DNA from: Candidatus Peribacteria bacterium | GTDB taxonomy: Bacteria; Patescibacteriota; Gracilibacteria; UBA1369; UBA12463 | NCBI GenBank assembly: GCA_943349045.1 | Contig: CALQZC010000001.1 | Span: forward strand, 1 to 58,950 | Reading direction: 5' to 3' | DNA length: 58,950 nt | Shown: positions 49,197 to 57,300 of the stretch, in pieces | How positions within the stretch are numbered: the first letter of the stretch is position 1 | Layout: each line of letters opens with the position of its first letter | The notes under the pieces: model-generated | Told to the model about the DNA's origin: nothing | What the model saw: the letters and a program-made list of their open reading frames with translations, nothing else | Databases searched by the model: none | Program-made: the position numbers and the translations under genes

Positions 49197-51116
49197 TTAC
49201 CAAACAAATTTCACATCCGCAAAAGGCTTATAAATAACTTTCGGCAAATCAAAATCATCATAAAAATCAAAAATCATTTTATTGATCGCAGTAGTGTTGG
49301 TAGTTCCCCAGTAATTATTTGCCAGATTTATGTCGCCATTTGAGAAAAATGACTTCCATTCAGGCGACAGATATAAAGCATATTCAAAATTATCATAAAT
49401 ATTATTGTTATTAAAATTAAAGGAGCTTGCGCCAAGAGATAACAAGCCTACACCATTATTTAATATGGTATTTTTTGATATCACAACACCAGTAGATTGA
49501 TTACCAAGAGTGATTGCTGCTGAAAAATTATCTTTTATGAGATTATTTACGATATTTAGCGTACCTATCATTGTTTGGTTAGAGTAAGCGCGAATACCCA
49601 TTTTATTATTTAACACAAAATTATTACTAATAGTTGCCGGCCCGCTAATAAAAATGCCATCTAAATTATTTTCAATAGTATTGTTATTTATAAGGGGTGA
49701 ACCACTACAAGAGATTCCAACGCCAGTATTATTAGAAATATAATTATTTTCAATCAAGGGTGAACCACCACAAGAGATTCCACCGACTCCTATAGTCGTA
49801 TTGACCAAGCCATTATCAATTATTTTGTTACCAATAACTTTAGCATTACCATCAATTCCAATTGCTGGGGGGCTACTAACAAAAGGGAATATGCCTTTAC
49901 TGAGTGTGTTATTTTTAATAATAAGTGAAGAATCGGATGATTGAGCAAAAATTCCATGACCCTGAAAACTCACTATCTCGTTATTTTCGATCAAAGGCGA
50001 AGCCGCATCAGCCCTAATAGCAGCAAGTTGAGCTGGCCCACCGGAAGTTAGAAAACCTGAGTATTCAAATCTTGCATTTCTTACTACTGACCCGCTCACT
50101 CCATTCCAATCAACGCTAGAATTTTCAAATCTAACACCGCGCCAATCTCCAGGTTTCGGATCTTTTGCATTAGAGGTAAAATGAATAATCTCATCTTTGG
50201 TTCCATCGGCGATCAATGTGCCATCGACGCGGAGATAATATGGCCCATCAAATCGTATTTCAACTCCAGGCTGGATGGTTAATGTTTTCCCCTGCACAAC
50301 CAAAATATGACACTTAACAACATATGGAGACTGCTCCTTCGTTAAAACAGTATCTTCAGAAACGATTCCGCAAAATTCCGTTGGAAGTTTAACAATGGTA
50401 ATCTTGATAGATTGACTCGCGGTCACCACGCCATCACTAACAGTAATTTTCAAAAAATATTCACCAGCCTGACCCGCGCCCGCCACCCACTCAAAAACCC
50501 CGCCATCAAATTTCGCACCACTTGGTAAACCCTCTACGCTCCACGTCAACGCGTCCCCATCCGCATCGCTCGCCTTGACCTCAAATTTCAAGAACTCGCC
50601 CTCTTTCACCGTCTTATCCCCTATCGGCTCGATCACCGGCGCAGCATTCTTCAACACACACGAAGCCGTAGCCACATCCGCGACATATTTCTCACCGAGT
50701 TCAGAGCAATTTTGAAAATACATCATGTACTGCTTACTGTCGGAGCAGCCGCCTTCGATAATGTAATTGGTACCATTCCACGTATAGACATAGTCCTCGA
50801 TACCATTCGGCTCAAGATCGGTCTTCACGATCCCCTTCTTCATAAAATCAACTCCGTCGGAATCATTGCACCACGCTACGTCAGCCTCCACGAGCTGTGA
50901 GGCCTTTTCCATGACATCGAGGGCACAGGTTCGGTACGCGGTGTACTGCTGACTCATGAGGAGCGGGATGCACTCTTTGCCCATCATATCCCAATACTTC
51001 TGCTTCTGGTACGAGGTGAGATCACTGAAACTCGCGGCTGAGGTAGCCTGAAGAGAAATAGCAAAAAGCACGAGCATGGAGATAACCAAGGCGAGACGTT
51101 TCATGGGGGTTTTCAT
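49197..51116 (-). CDS. secreted protein with a cadherin-like Ig domain and right-handed parallel beta-helix repeats
   Basis: Signal peptide. Cadherin-like segment PVIEPIGDKTVKEGEFLKFEVKASDADGDALTWSVEGLPSGAKF. The C-terminal half has repeated N-x-I/V-x-N-N motifs typical of PbH1 beta-helix proteins. Confidence 0.7.
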   Translation of the reverse strand: MKTPMKRLALVISMLVLFAISLQATSAASFSDLTSYQKQKYWDMMGKECIPLLMSQQYTAYRTCALDVMEKASQLVEADVAWCNDSDGVDFMKKGIVKTDLEPNGIEDYVYTWNGTNYIIEGGCSDSKQYMMYFQNCSELGEKYVADVATASCVLKNAAPVIEPIGDKTVKEGEFLKFEVKASDADGDALTWSVEGLPSGAKFDGGVFEWVAGAGQAGEYFLKITVSDGVVTASQSIKITIVKLPTEFCGIVSEDTVLTKEQSPYVVKCHILVVQGKTLTIQPGVEIRFDGPYYLRVDGTLIADGTKDEIIHFTSNAKDPKPGDWRGVRFENSSVDWNGVSGSVVRNARFEYSGFLTSGGPAQLAAIRADAASPLIENNEIVSFQGHGIFAQSSDSSLIIKNNTLSKGIFPFVSSPPAIGIDGNAKVIGNKIIDNGLVNTTIGVGGISCGGSPLIENNYISNNTGVGISCSGSPLINNNTIENNLDGIFISGPATISNNFVLNNKMGIRAYSNQTMIGTLNIVNNLIKDNFSAAITLGNQSTGVVISKNTILNNGVGLLSLGASSFNFNNNNIYDNFEYALYLSPEWKSFFSNGDINLANNYWGTTNTTAINKMIFDFYDDFDLPKVIYKPFADVKFVW

Positions 51117-51222
51117 TAAAGATGGATTATGGAGTCTATCGTCGCAAGAGATGATAACGTACGCTTTTATTGGGAATATGTCAAGTTATCAGCTTTACAT
51201 GGCTTCAAGGGCATAACAATGC

Positions 51223-51265
51223 CTGACATGTGACATTTTGCTCACCTATTCACCTATGATACAAT
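51223..51265 (+). promoter_or_regulatory. hicB-like gene promoter region containing a degenerate copy of the operator cassette
   Basis: cTGACAtGTGAcaTTTTGCTCACCTAT resembles TTGACGGTGAGTATTTGCTCACCTAT. There is also TTGCTC-16-TACAAT (51238..51265) and the direct repeat CACCTAT-t-CACCTAT. Confidence 0.45.
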
Positions 51266-51272
51266 AGAGCCC

Positions 51273-51605
51273 ATGGCCAAGAACACATACAAAAGCGGCA
51301 GTCTAAATTTTCTTATGTATCCGACAGATGAGGGTACATATGTTGCAGCATGCCGTGAACTTTGCATCATCGAAGAAGGAAAAGATCAGGAAATGCTCCG
51401 ATACAAAATTATGGGGCGAGCAAAATCGTATCTCACCAATGTCTGCAAGAATAAGCTTGGAGAACATCTTTTGAATCTCGAGCTGCCAAAAGAAATCGTA
51501 AAAGAGTTCAATGATTATAGAATGAAAAAGATAAACGAAGATTTTCAAAAATGGTCAGAGAAAATTAAAGAGCTCATGGCATCGAAAAACGTAACCCTTT
51601 GCTAA
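51273..51605 (+). CDS. hicB: HicB-like antitoxin
   Basis: FLMYPTDEGTYVAACRELCIIEEGKDQEMLRYKIMGRAKSYL resembles the HicB N-terminal fold pattern. It lies directly upstream of a HicA gene. Confidence 0.55.
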   Translation: MAKNTYKSGSLNFLMYPTDEGTYVAACRELCIIEEGKDQEMLRYKIMGRAKSYLTNVCKNKLGEHLLNLELPKEIVKEFNDYRMKKINEDFQKWSEKIKELMASKNVTLC

Positions 51606-51612
51606 TTTTTCT

Positions 51613-51855
51613 GTGGGCAAACAAGTTCTCAAGAATTGGAACCCCAAAAGAATTATGCGTTTTTTGAAGAAGAATGGATTTGTCGAACTTAAGAAAGAAA
51701 AGGGCGATCATCACTGTCTCTGGAATGCAGAAACCAAAGCCTATACCGAAGTAGATCATGGCCGCGATGCATTCACCCAAAGGGAAATGATGGGATTTGT
51801 TAGCCAAAGTGGAATCTCAGAAAAAGACTGGCTGAAAGAAAAGAAGATAAAATAA
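51613..51855 (+). CDS. hicA: HicA-family mRNA interferase toxin
   Basis: RIMRFLKKNGFVELKKEKGDHHCLWNAETKAYTEVDHG...REMMGFVSQSGIS matches the HicA/YcfA pattern. It has a GTG start. Confidence 0.75.
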   Translation: MGKQVLKNWNPKRIMRFLKKNGFVELKKEKGDHHCLWNAETKAYTEVDHGRDAFTQREMMGFVSQSGISEKDWLKEKKIK

Positions 51856-51881
51856 TTCAGAAAATTACCAAAAATAACCCC

Positions 51882-52244
51882 ATGACCCCAGGAACCCGAG
51901 CCATTACCGCAGCCGTTGTTCGCATCATGAAGAAAAATCATATGATCGATAGGATTGAGGATCGTGATCAGGCGAAGAAGATTAGTATTAGTGGGACGCT
52001 TTCGGCGAAGGCGATAGATTTGTATGACCATAGTCGCGGATGCCATGTGAATGCGACGGTGGATGGGCATCACGCGACGGTTCATGATCACAAAACCGGG
52101 AAATATCTGACGTTGACGATCAGTGGGACGAGCTTCTCGGGGTATGACTCAGGCAGCGGCAAAAATTTCTCCGGCTCGATAAGCGACAGCACGATAAATA
52201 TTTATGATAGCGAGGACGGGAAGCATCATGTGTATGGAGGGTGA
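51882..52244 (+). CDS. small protein with four tandem ~20-aa [Y/H]-D-x3-G-K repeats, unknown family
   Basis: The units are AIDLYDHSRGCHVNATV / HATVHDHKTGKYLTLTI / SFSGYDSGSGKNFSGSI / TINIYDSEDGKHHVYGG. It is followed by a terminator hairpin. Confidence 0.55.
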   Translation: MTPGTRAITAAVVRIMKKNHMIDRIEDRDQAKKISISGTLSAKAIDLYDHSRGCHVNATVDGHHATVHDHKTGKYLTLTISGTSFSGYDSGSGKNFSGSISDSTINIYDSEDGKHHVYGG

Positions 52245-52284
52245 GGGTGAATATATAAAGATAACAAAGACTGTGTCTGCGCAA

Positions 52285-52306
52285 CCGCTTTTTAAGCGGG
52301 TTTATT
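52285..52306 (+). terminator. intrinsic terminator after the repeat-protein gene
   Basis: CCGCTT-ttt-AAGCGG hairpin (52285..52299) followed by GTTTATT. Confidence 0.5.
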
Positions 52307-52333
52307 GACGGTGAGTGTTTACTCACCTATACT
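52305..52333 (+). promoter_or_regulatory. promoter with embedded inverted-repeat operator (cassette copy 2)
   Basis: TTGACG-GTGAGTGTTTACTCACC-TATACT. 26 of 29 positions are identical to the minus strand of 14021..14049. Confidence 0.65.
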
Positions 52334-52342
52334 GGTTGCTCT

Positions 52343-53023
52343 ACTCGATATACGATTGAATTTCTTGGAATCTGGGAACAAATTCACAATCCAAGTTTTA
52401 ATGTTACCGATTTCGGTAACATTAAAAATCAAAGTGGATCAAACAGCTTCATGTTGTCAGGAAAACAATGGATTGAAAAAACGAAAGCGATAGGAATAAT
52501 CAGTAAAACCGGTCGCTACGGCGGAACCTTCGCCCACAAAGACATCGCCTTTGAATTCGCTACTTGGATCAGCCCAGAATTCAAACTTTATCTGATCAAA
52601 GAATTTCAGCGCCTCAAAGAAGAAGAAACCAAACGGCTCGAAGAAGGCTGGAGTGCGCGAAGAATGCTCACGAAGATCAATTATCGAATTCATACCGACG
52701 CTATTCAAGAACATCTCATTCCACCACAAATCCCCCAACAGCAAGCAAGTGGCATATTCGCCAACGAAGCAGACCTACTCAACAAGGCACTCTTCGGAAA
52801 AATAGCAAAAGAATGGAGGGAGCAAAATCCAAAAGAAGAAGGCAATATTCGAGATCATGCGGACATCACGCAGCTTATTTGCCTCGCGAATCTCGAGACT
52901 CTCAATGCAGAGTTTATACGTCAGAAATTATCTTCCGAACGACGTCTCCTTCAGCTCAACGAAATAGCCATCATTCAAATGAAGTCACTTTTGAAAAATA
53001 ATTCGGTGAAGAAACTCACATAA
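52343..53023 (+). pseudogene. 5-prime-truncated KilA-N family gene (intact ORF only from the ATG at 52451)
   Basis: GRYGGTFAHKDIAFEFATWISPEFKLYLIKEFQRLKEEE is typical of the KilA-N family. The in-frame sequence upstream of the first ATG still encodes the family-like TRYTIEFLGIWEQIHNPSFN but has no start codon and abuts the promoter. About 45-50 N-terminal residues are missing. Confidence 0.6.
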
Positions 53024-53051
53024 ATACTTATTTCCTAACCAAATCTTATTT

Positions 53052-54077
53052 ATGAATAACTCTGAAATCATTCTCTATCAGACGCCGGGTGGAAAAATAC
53101 GAGTGGATGTAAAAATGGAGGACGAGACGGTGTGGCTGACACAGAAGCAGATGGCGGAGCTGTTTGACACGGATCGAACCGTCATCACAAAACATATTGC
53201 GAATGTCTTAAATGAGCTTGAGCTAGAGGAAAAATTAGTATGTGCAAAATTTGCACATACTGCAGAAGATGGAAAAGTGTATCAAACAAATTTCTACAAT
53301 CTCGACATGATCATCTCTGTCGGCTACCGCGTCAACTCTCTTCGCGGTACCCAGTTCCGCATCTGGGCCACCCAGCGACTACGGGAATATATTGTCAAAG
53401 GCTTCGCGCTTGATGATGAGCGACTCAAAGAGGGTGGCGGAAGAGCACGATATTTTGACGAACTCCTTCAGCGAATTCGAGATATTCGCGCAAGTGAACG
53501 AAACTTTTACCAGAAAGTGACCGACATATATACAACGAGCATTGATTACCAAAAAGATGCAGAGCTCACGAAACAATTTTTCGCAACGATCCAAAATAAA
53601 CTCCACTATGCCGTTCATGGACACACGGCTGCCGAACTGATCAAAGAAAGGGCCGATGCGGATAAAATGTATATGGGGCTGACAAATTTCAGAGGAGACT
53701 ACATCACTCTCGAGGATGCACGCGTAGCCAAAAATTATCTGAACGAAACAGAAATTTATCAACTCAACCTCATCGTTTCCCTCTTTCTCGACTTTGCCAA
53801 ACTCCAGGCCATAAACAGCCGACCCATGAAAATGCAGGAATGGATCGACAAACTCGATGGCTTTCTACGTCTCAGCGAAAAAGAAATTCTCACCCATGCG
53901 GGCAAAATCAGTGCCGAAATGGCAGAAAAAATCGCCAACGAAGAGTACACGACCTACCGCACCACCGAAAGGAAAGACTATATAAGCGACTTTGATCGAG
54001 AGATGAAGAGATTAGAGGAAGAGACCAAAAAAAAACAAAGCTACAAAGGAGAGCTAAAGCCCCATCTGCCAGTTTGA
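53052..54077 (+). CDS. rhuM: RhuM-family protein
   Basis: IILYQTPGGKIRVDVKMEDETVWLTQKQMAELF, VGYRVNSLRGTQFRIWATQRLREYIVKGF and FDELLQRIRDIRASERNFYQKVTDIY are hallmark RhuM segments. Confidence 0.85.
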   Translation: MNNSEIILYQTPGGKIRVDVKMEDETVWLTQKQMAELFDTDRTVITKHIANVLNELELEEKLVCAKFAHTAEDGKVYQTNFYNLDMIISVGYRVNSLRGTQFRIWATQRLREYIVKGFALDDERLKEGGGRARYFDELLQRIRDIRASERNFYQKVTDIYTTSIDYQKDAELTKQFFATIQNKLHYAVHGHTAAELIKERADADKMYMGLTNFRGDYITLEDARVAKNYLNETEIYQLNLIVSLFLDFAKLQAINSRPMKMQEWIDKLDGFLRLSEKEILTHAGKISAEMAEKIANEEYTTYRTTERKDYISDFDREMKRLEEETKKKQSYKGELKPHLPV

Positions 54078-54128
54078 CATTTCTGCAAATCAGGGTATAG
54101 TGCACACTATGCTTAAACCAGACCACGA

Positions 54129-54743
54129 ATGAAATTTCCAAATAATACGACGACAAGCCTCCCGATGAACTTCAAGAGTCGGCTTTCGTCGAACATCGAT
54201 CCGCAAGATTTTCTTCAGAAAATAACCGATAAACAGGTCCCCTGCCCCTGGGGTGAAGTTGAGCAAATCAATACCGTGATAGATCCAAATTTTAAGGTCA
54301 CCTTTCGAGACGTTCCGGTTGGTCTCGTCCTTGGATGTGGCACTGGTTTCTACTCAGCCGGTGCGTATGCCGTCATCGCACGTGCCGTTGGATTTGGAAT
54401 GTTGATACACAGTGACAGAAACCCGCCACATGAAAGACCTGATGCAACAAACTATATTCAGCTCGACCTCACGGTTCCCGAAACAATACATCTCGTTGGA
54501 AATAGGATCCATGCCGTTCTGAGCTGCAGCGTCTTCACCTATGACGGACTCGGAGTCACGTTCCCAACAGAGGAAAGCGAATCAGAAGCCGCAAAAAGAA
54601 TCTCTGATCTTCTCATGCCGGGAGGCTTTGTGGCAGGAAGTAACTTCGGAAGAACTCGCTTCGAAAAACGTCTCGTAGAGAACCATGGATTCAGATTCGT
54701 AAGAAATGAGTACCAAAGTGTGATCGTGCAAAAACCGTTCTAA
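54129..54743 (+). CDS. putative class I SAM-dependent methyltransferase-like protein
   Basis: Motif I-like LVLGCGTG, an acidic strand IQLDL, and a post-I segment LLMPGGFV. The assignment rests on motifs only. Confidence 0.45.
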   Translation: MKFPNNTTTSLPMNFKSRLSSNIDPQDFLQKITDKQVPCPWGEVEQINTVIDPNFKVTFRDVPVGLVLGCGTGFYSAGAYAVIARAVGFGMLIHSDRNPPHERPDATNYIQLDLTVPETIHLVGNRIHAVLSCSVFTYDGLGVTFPTEESESEAAKRISDLLMPGGFVAGSNFGRTRFEKRLVENHGFRFVRNEYQSVIVQKPF

Positions 54744-54749
54744 TGCATA

Positions 54750-55018
54750 CTAATCCTTCACGAACTTTTTCCACATCTCGTACGCGAGAATACTCACCAC
54801 ATAAAAACTCACATTCGCCACCATTCCAGAGCACCACGAACACACCATGTTGCGCATGCGTTTTGAAATACATCAAAGTTTCCCGCACCGCTGAATATCC
54901 ATAAAATCCAAGATTCTCACCCCACGTTCCCGCGAAGGCGGCCGCCAGACCAAGAAATAATCCCGACTATCTCTGGAGGACCGTAACGCAACAACCATTC
55001 TTTGAGTTTTTCTTTCAT
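54750..55018 (-). pseudogene. possible frameshifted remnant of a small membrane-protein gene
   Basis: MKEKLKEWLLRYGPPEIVGII stops after 34 codons. Hydrophobic reading continues in a second frame (GLFLGLAAAFAGTWGENLGFYGYSAV) and then a third (VANVSFYVVSILAYEMWKKFVKD-stop). Confidence 0.3.
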
Positions 55019-55094
55019 GCGGACATCATAGCAAATGATTGACGATTTTATACTGATAAGAATAGACTGGAGCCAATCACTCACCCCCCATTCG

Positions 55095-55913
55095 ATGCAG
55101 ATCAACAAAAATGTCTTTGCCGTTATTGCACTTGTCGGCGTTGTAGCGACAGCATCAGTTATTTCGTTGTCTCCAAAAAATTTTGCAGGCGATTTTTCCC
55201 GACCAGTAAATGCCAGCAATGAAGACCAACCAAAGAAACCAGTCGCAAAAATGTGGTGGGGCTGCATAAAATACGTACCATGGACACCACCAGACGAAAA
55301 AGAGACTGAAGAAACAAAAGAAACTGAGCCTACATCGGAAGAAATGCCAGTTATCAATCTCGATGGAGCAATCGGAAATATTGGTGGTGGTAATGGAAGA
55401 GGCACTGTTAAAAAAGACACTTCACGTCAATCAAAGACCGTAGATATTCCGGATGAAGAAATTCCAGGAAGTGTCAAAAAGCAGCCAGGATCAAAAGACA
55501 CAGAGTTCGGAAATCCAGATTGGCAACCACCAGTATGTCCTGAAGGCTACGAAATGGGATACAAAAAAATAAATGACACATGTAAATCATTTTTCCAAAG
55601 AGTCCAAAATGGATCAATCAACATAAATGACCCAAAAGTCGCAAAAAAATATCAGGAGTATATTGTCATTTGCCGAAACCAACATAGCTCCATTGACTGG
55701 ATGGAGATGCTCAAAAATCCCCCAACAGAAAAAGAATGTCAGGACCTAAAAAATATCAACGACAAACTATGGAAAACAAATAATGCAACTAACGAAGCTA
55801 AAGCAAAAAATATTGACCTCATGCTGCTCACTCAAAAAATTCATAAATGTCAGTATGTATATGGAGGAAAGAAGTATAAAAACTATCAGGACGGAGGACC
55901 ACTCTATCCATAG
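55095..55913 (+). CDS. membrane-anchored or secreted hypothetical protein
   Basis: The start MQINKNVFAVIALVGVVATASVISLS is a TM or signal sequence. The protein is AT-rich, has a charged linker, and has a Cys-containing C-terminal domain. Confidence 0.55.
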   Translation: MQINKNVFAVIALVGVVATASVISLSPKNFAGDFSRPVNASNEDQPKKPVAKMWWGCIKYVPWTPPDEKETEETKETEPTSEEMPVINLDGAIGNIGGGNGRGTVKKDTSRQSKTVDIPDEEIPGSVKKQPGSKDTEFGNPDWQPPVCPEGYEMGYKKINDTCKSFFQRVQNGSININDPKVAKKYQEYIVICRNQHSSIDWMEMLKNPPTEKECQDLKNINDKLWKTNNATNEAKAKNIDLMLLTQKIHKCQYVYGGKKYKNYQDGGPLYP

Positions 55914-56007
55914 TCAAGTCATAGAAACCCTTGCAATGAAGCGTGCAAACCGTGCTACACTAGGCACGGTTTTTGCCACGCCCTATAGACACTAACGACG
56001 TAACGCT

Positions 56008-57285
56008 ATGCTCGACATCAAATACATCCGTGAGAACTTCGACGCCGTCAAAAAAGCAGCCCAAGTAAAAAGGGTCAGTATAGATCTCGATCAACTCATC
56101 GCGATCGATGATCAACGACGTGAAAAGCTCCAGAAAGTAGAGGCCATTCGTGCCGACAAAAATAAATCATCAAGCGAAATTCCAAAACTCCAGGGCGCAG
56201 AAAAGCAGGCATTGCTCGACAAAATGAAGGCGTACTCCGAAGAAGAAAAACAGCTCGACGAAGATCTCAAATCAATTGAAACAGAATTTACTCAGCTCAT
56301 GCTCCGCGTCCCCGCCGTTCCATCAGAAAAAGCACCGGTAGGAAAAGATGACAGCGAAAATGTCGAACTCTACAAAGTTGGCACACCGCGAGTTTTCGAA
56401 GGCTTCGAGCCAAAAGATCATGTCACCCTCGGCGAAGAGCTCGATATCATCGATATTCCACGTGGAACCAAAATCGCCGGAGCCCGCAACTACTTCCTAA
56501 AAGGCGACGCGCTTCTGCTCGAAAATGCCGTCATGCGATTCACGATCGACCACCTCATGGCCAAAGGCTTCACGCCGTTTTCCGTACCAATGCTCGTCAA
56601 CAACGACGCCATGACAGGAACCGGCTACTTCCCTGGTGGCGAAGAGTCAGCCTACAAGATGGAAAAGGACGACCTCAATCTCATCGGCACCTCCGAAGTT
56701 TCCGTCACCTCATACCACCGAGATGAAATTCTCTCACACGAAGAACTCCCGAAGCTCTACGCCGGATATTCTAGCTGTTTCCGCCGAGAAGCCGGCACCT
56801 ATGGAAAAGATACTCGAGGCCTCTACCGCGTGCACCAGTTTCAAAAAGTAGAACAGGTCGTTGTCTGTAAAAACTCCGAAGAAGAGTCACAGAAAATGTT
56901 TGACCTCCTCCTGACCAACGCCAAAGAAGTGCTCGAAAAACTCGGACTCGCCTACCGCGTCGTCGCCGTCTGCACGGGCGATATGGGACAGGGACAGGTC
57001 TATAAGAATGATATCGAAACCTGGATGCCATCACGAAATGGCTACGGAGAGACTCATTCATGCTCGATGTTCTACGAGTTCCAGGCACGTCGTCTGAATC
57101 TTCGTTACAAAGACCCAGAAGGAAAAACTCGCTTCGCCTACACGCTCAACAATACCGCCATCGCCTCACCGCGCGTCCTCATTCCCCTCCTGGAGTGCTA
57201 CCAAAACGCCGACGGCTCGATCACGATTCCAGAAGTTCTCCGTCCCTACATGAACGGTCGGACGAAAATCGAGCGTAAAAAATAA
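56008..57285 (+). CDS. serS: serine--tRNA ligase
   Basis: N-terminal coiled-coil arm and class II motifs (FRREAG, GTSEV, the TLNNTAIASPR region), 425 aa. Confidence 0.95.
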   Translation: MLDIKYIRENFDAVKKAAQVKRVSIDLDQLIAIDDQRREKLQKVEAIRADKNKSSSEIPKLQGAEKQALLDKMKAYSEEEKQLDEDLKSIETEFTQLMLRVPAVPSEKAPVGKDDSENVELYKVGTPRVFEGFEPKDHVTLGEELDIIDIPRGTKIAGARNYFLKGDALLLENAVMRFTIDHLMAKGFTPFSVPMLVNNDAMTGTGYFPGGEESAYKMEKDDLNLIGTSEVSVTSYHRDEILSHEELPKLYAGYSSCFRREAGTYGKDTRGLYRVHQFQKVEQVVVCKNSEEESQKMFDLLLTNAKEVLEKLGLAYRVVAVCTGDMGQGQVYKNDIETWMPSRNGYGETHSCSMFYEFQARRLNLRYKDPEGKTRFAYTLNNTAIASPRVLIPLLECYQNADGSITIPEVLRPYMNGRTKIERKK

Positions 57286-57300
57286 AAACAATCCAGCGTA

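Noticed and set aside
54917-55420. 167-aa minus-strand ORF
   Set aside because: Most of it is antisense to the better-supported plus-strand gene 55095..55913. Only its last 34 codons look like real, decayed coding sequence.
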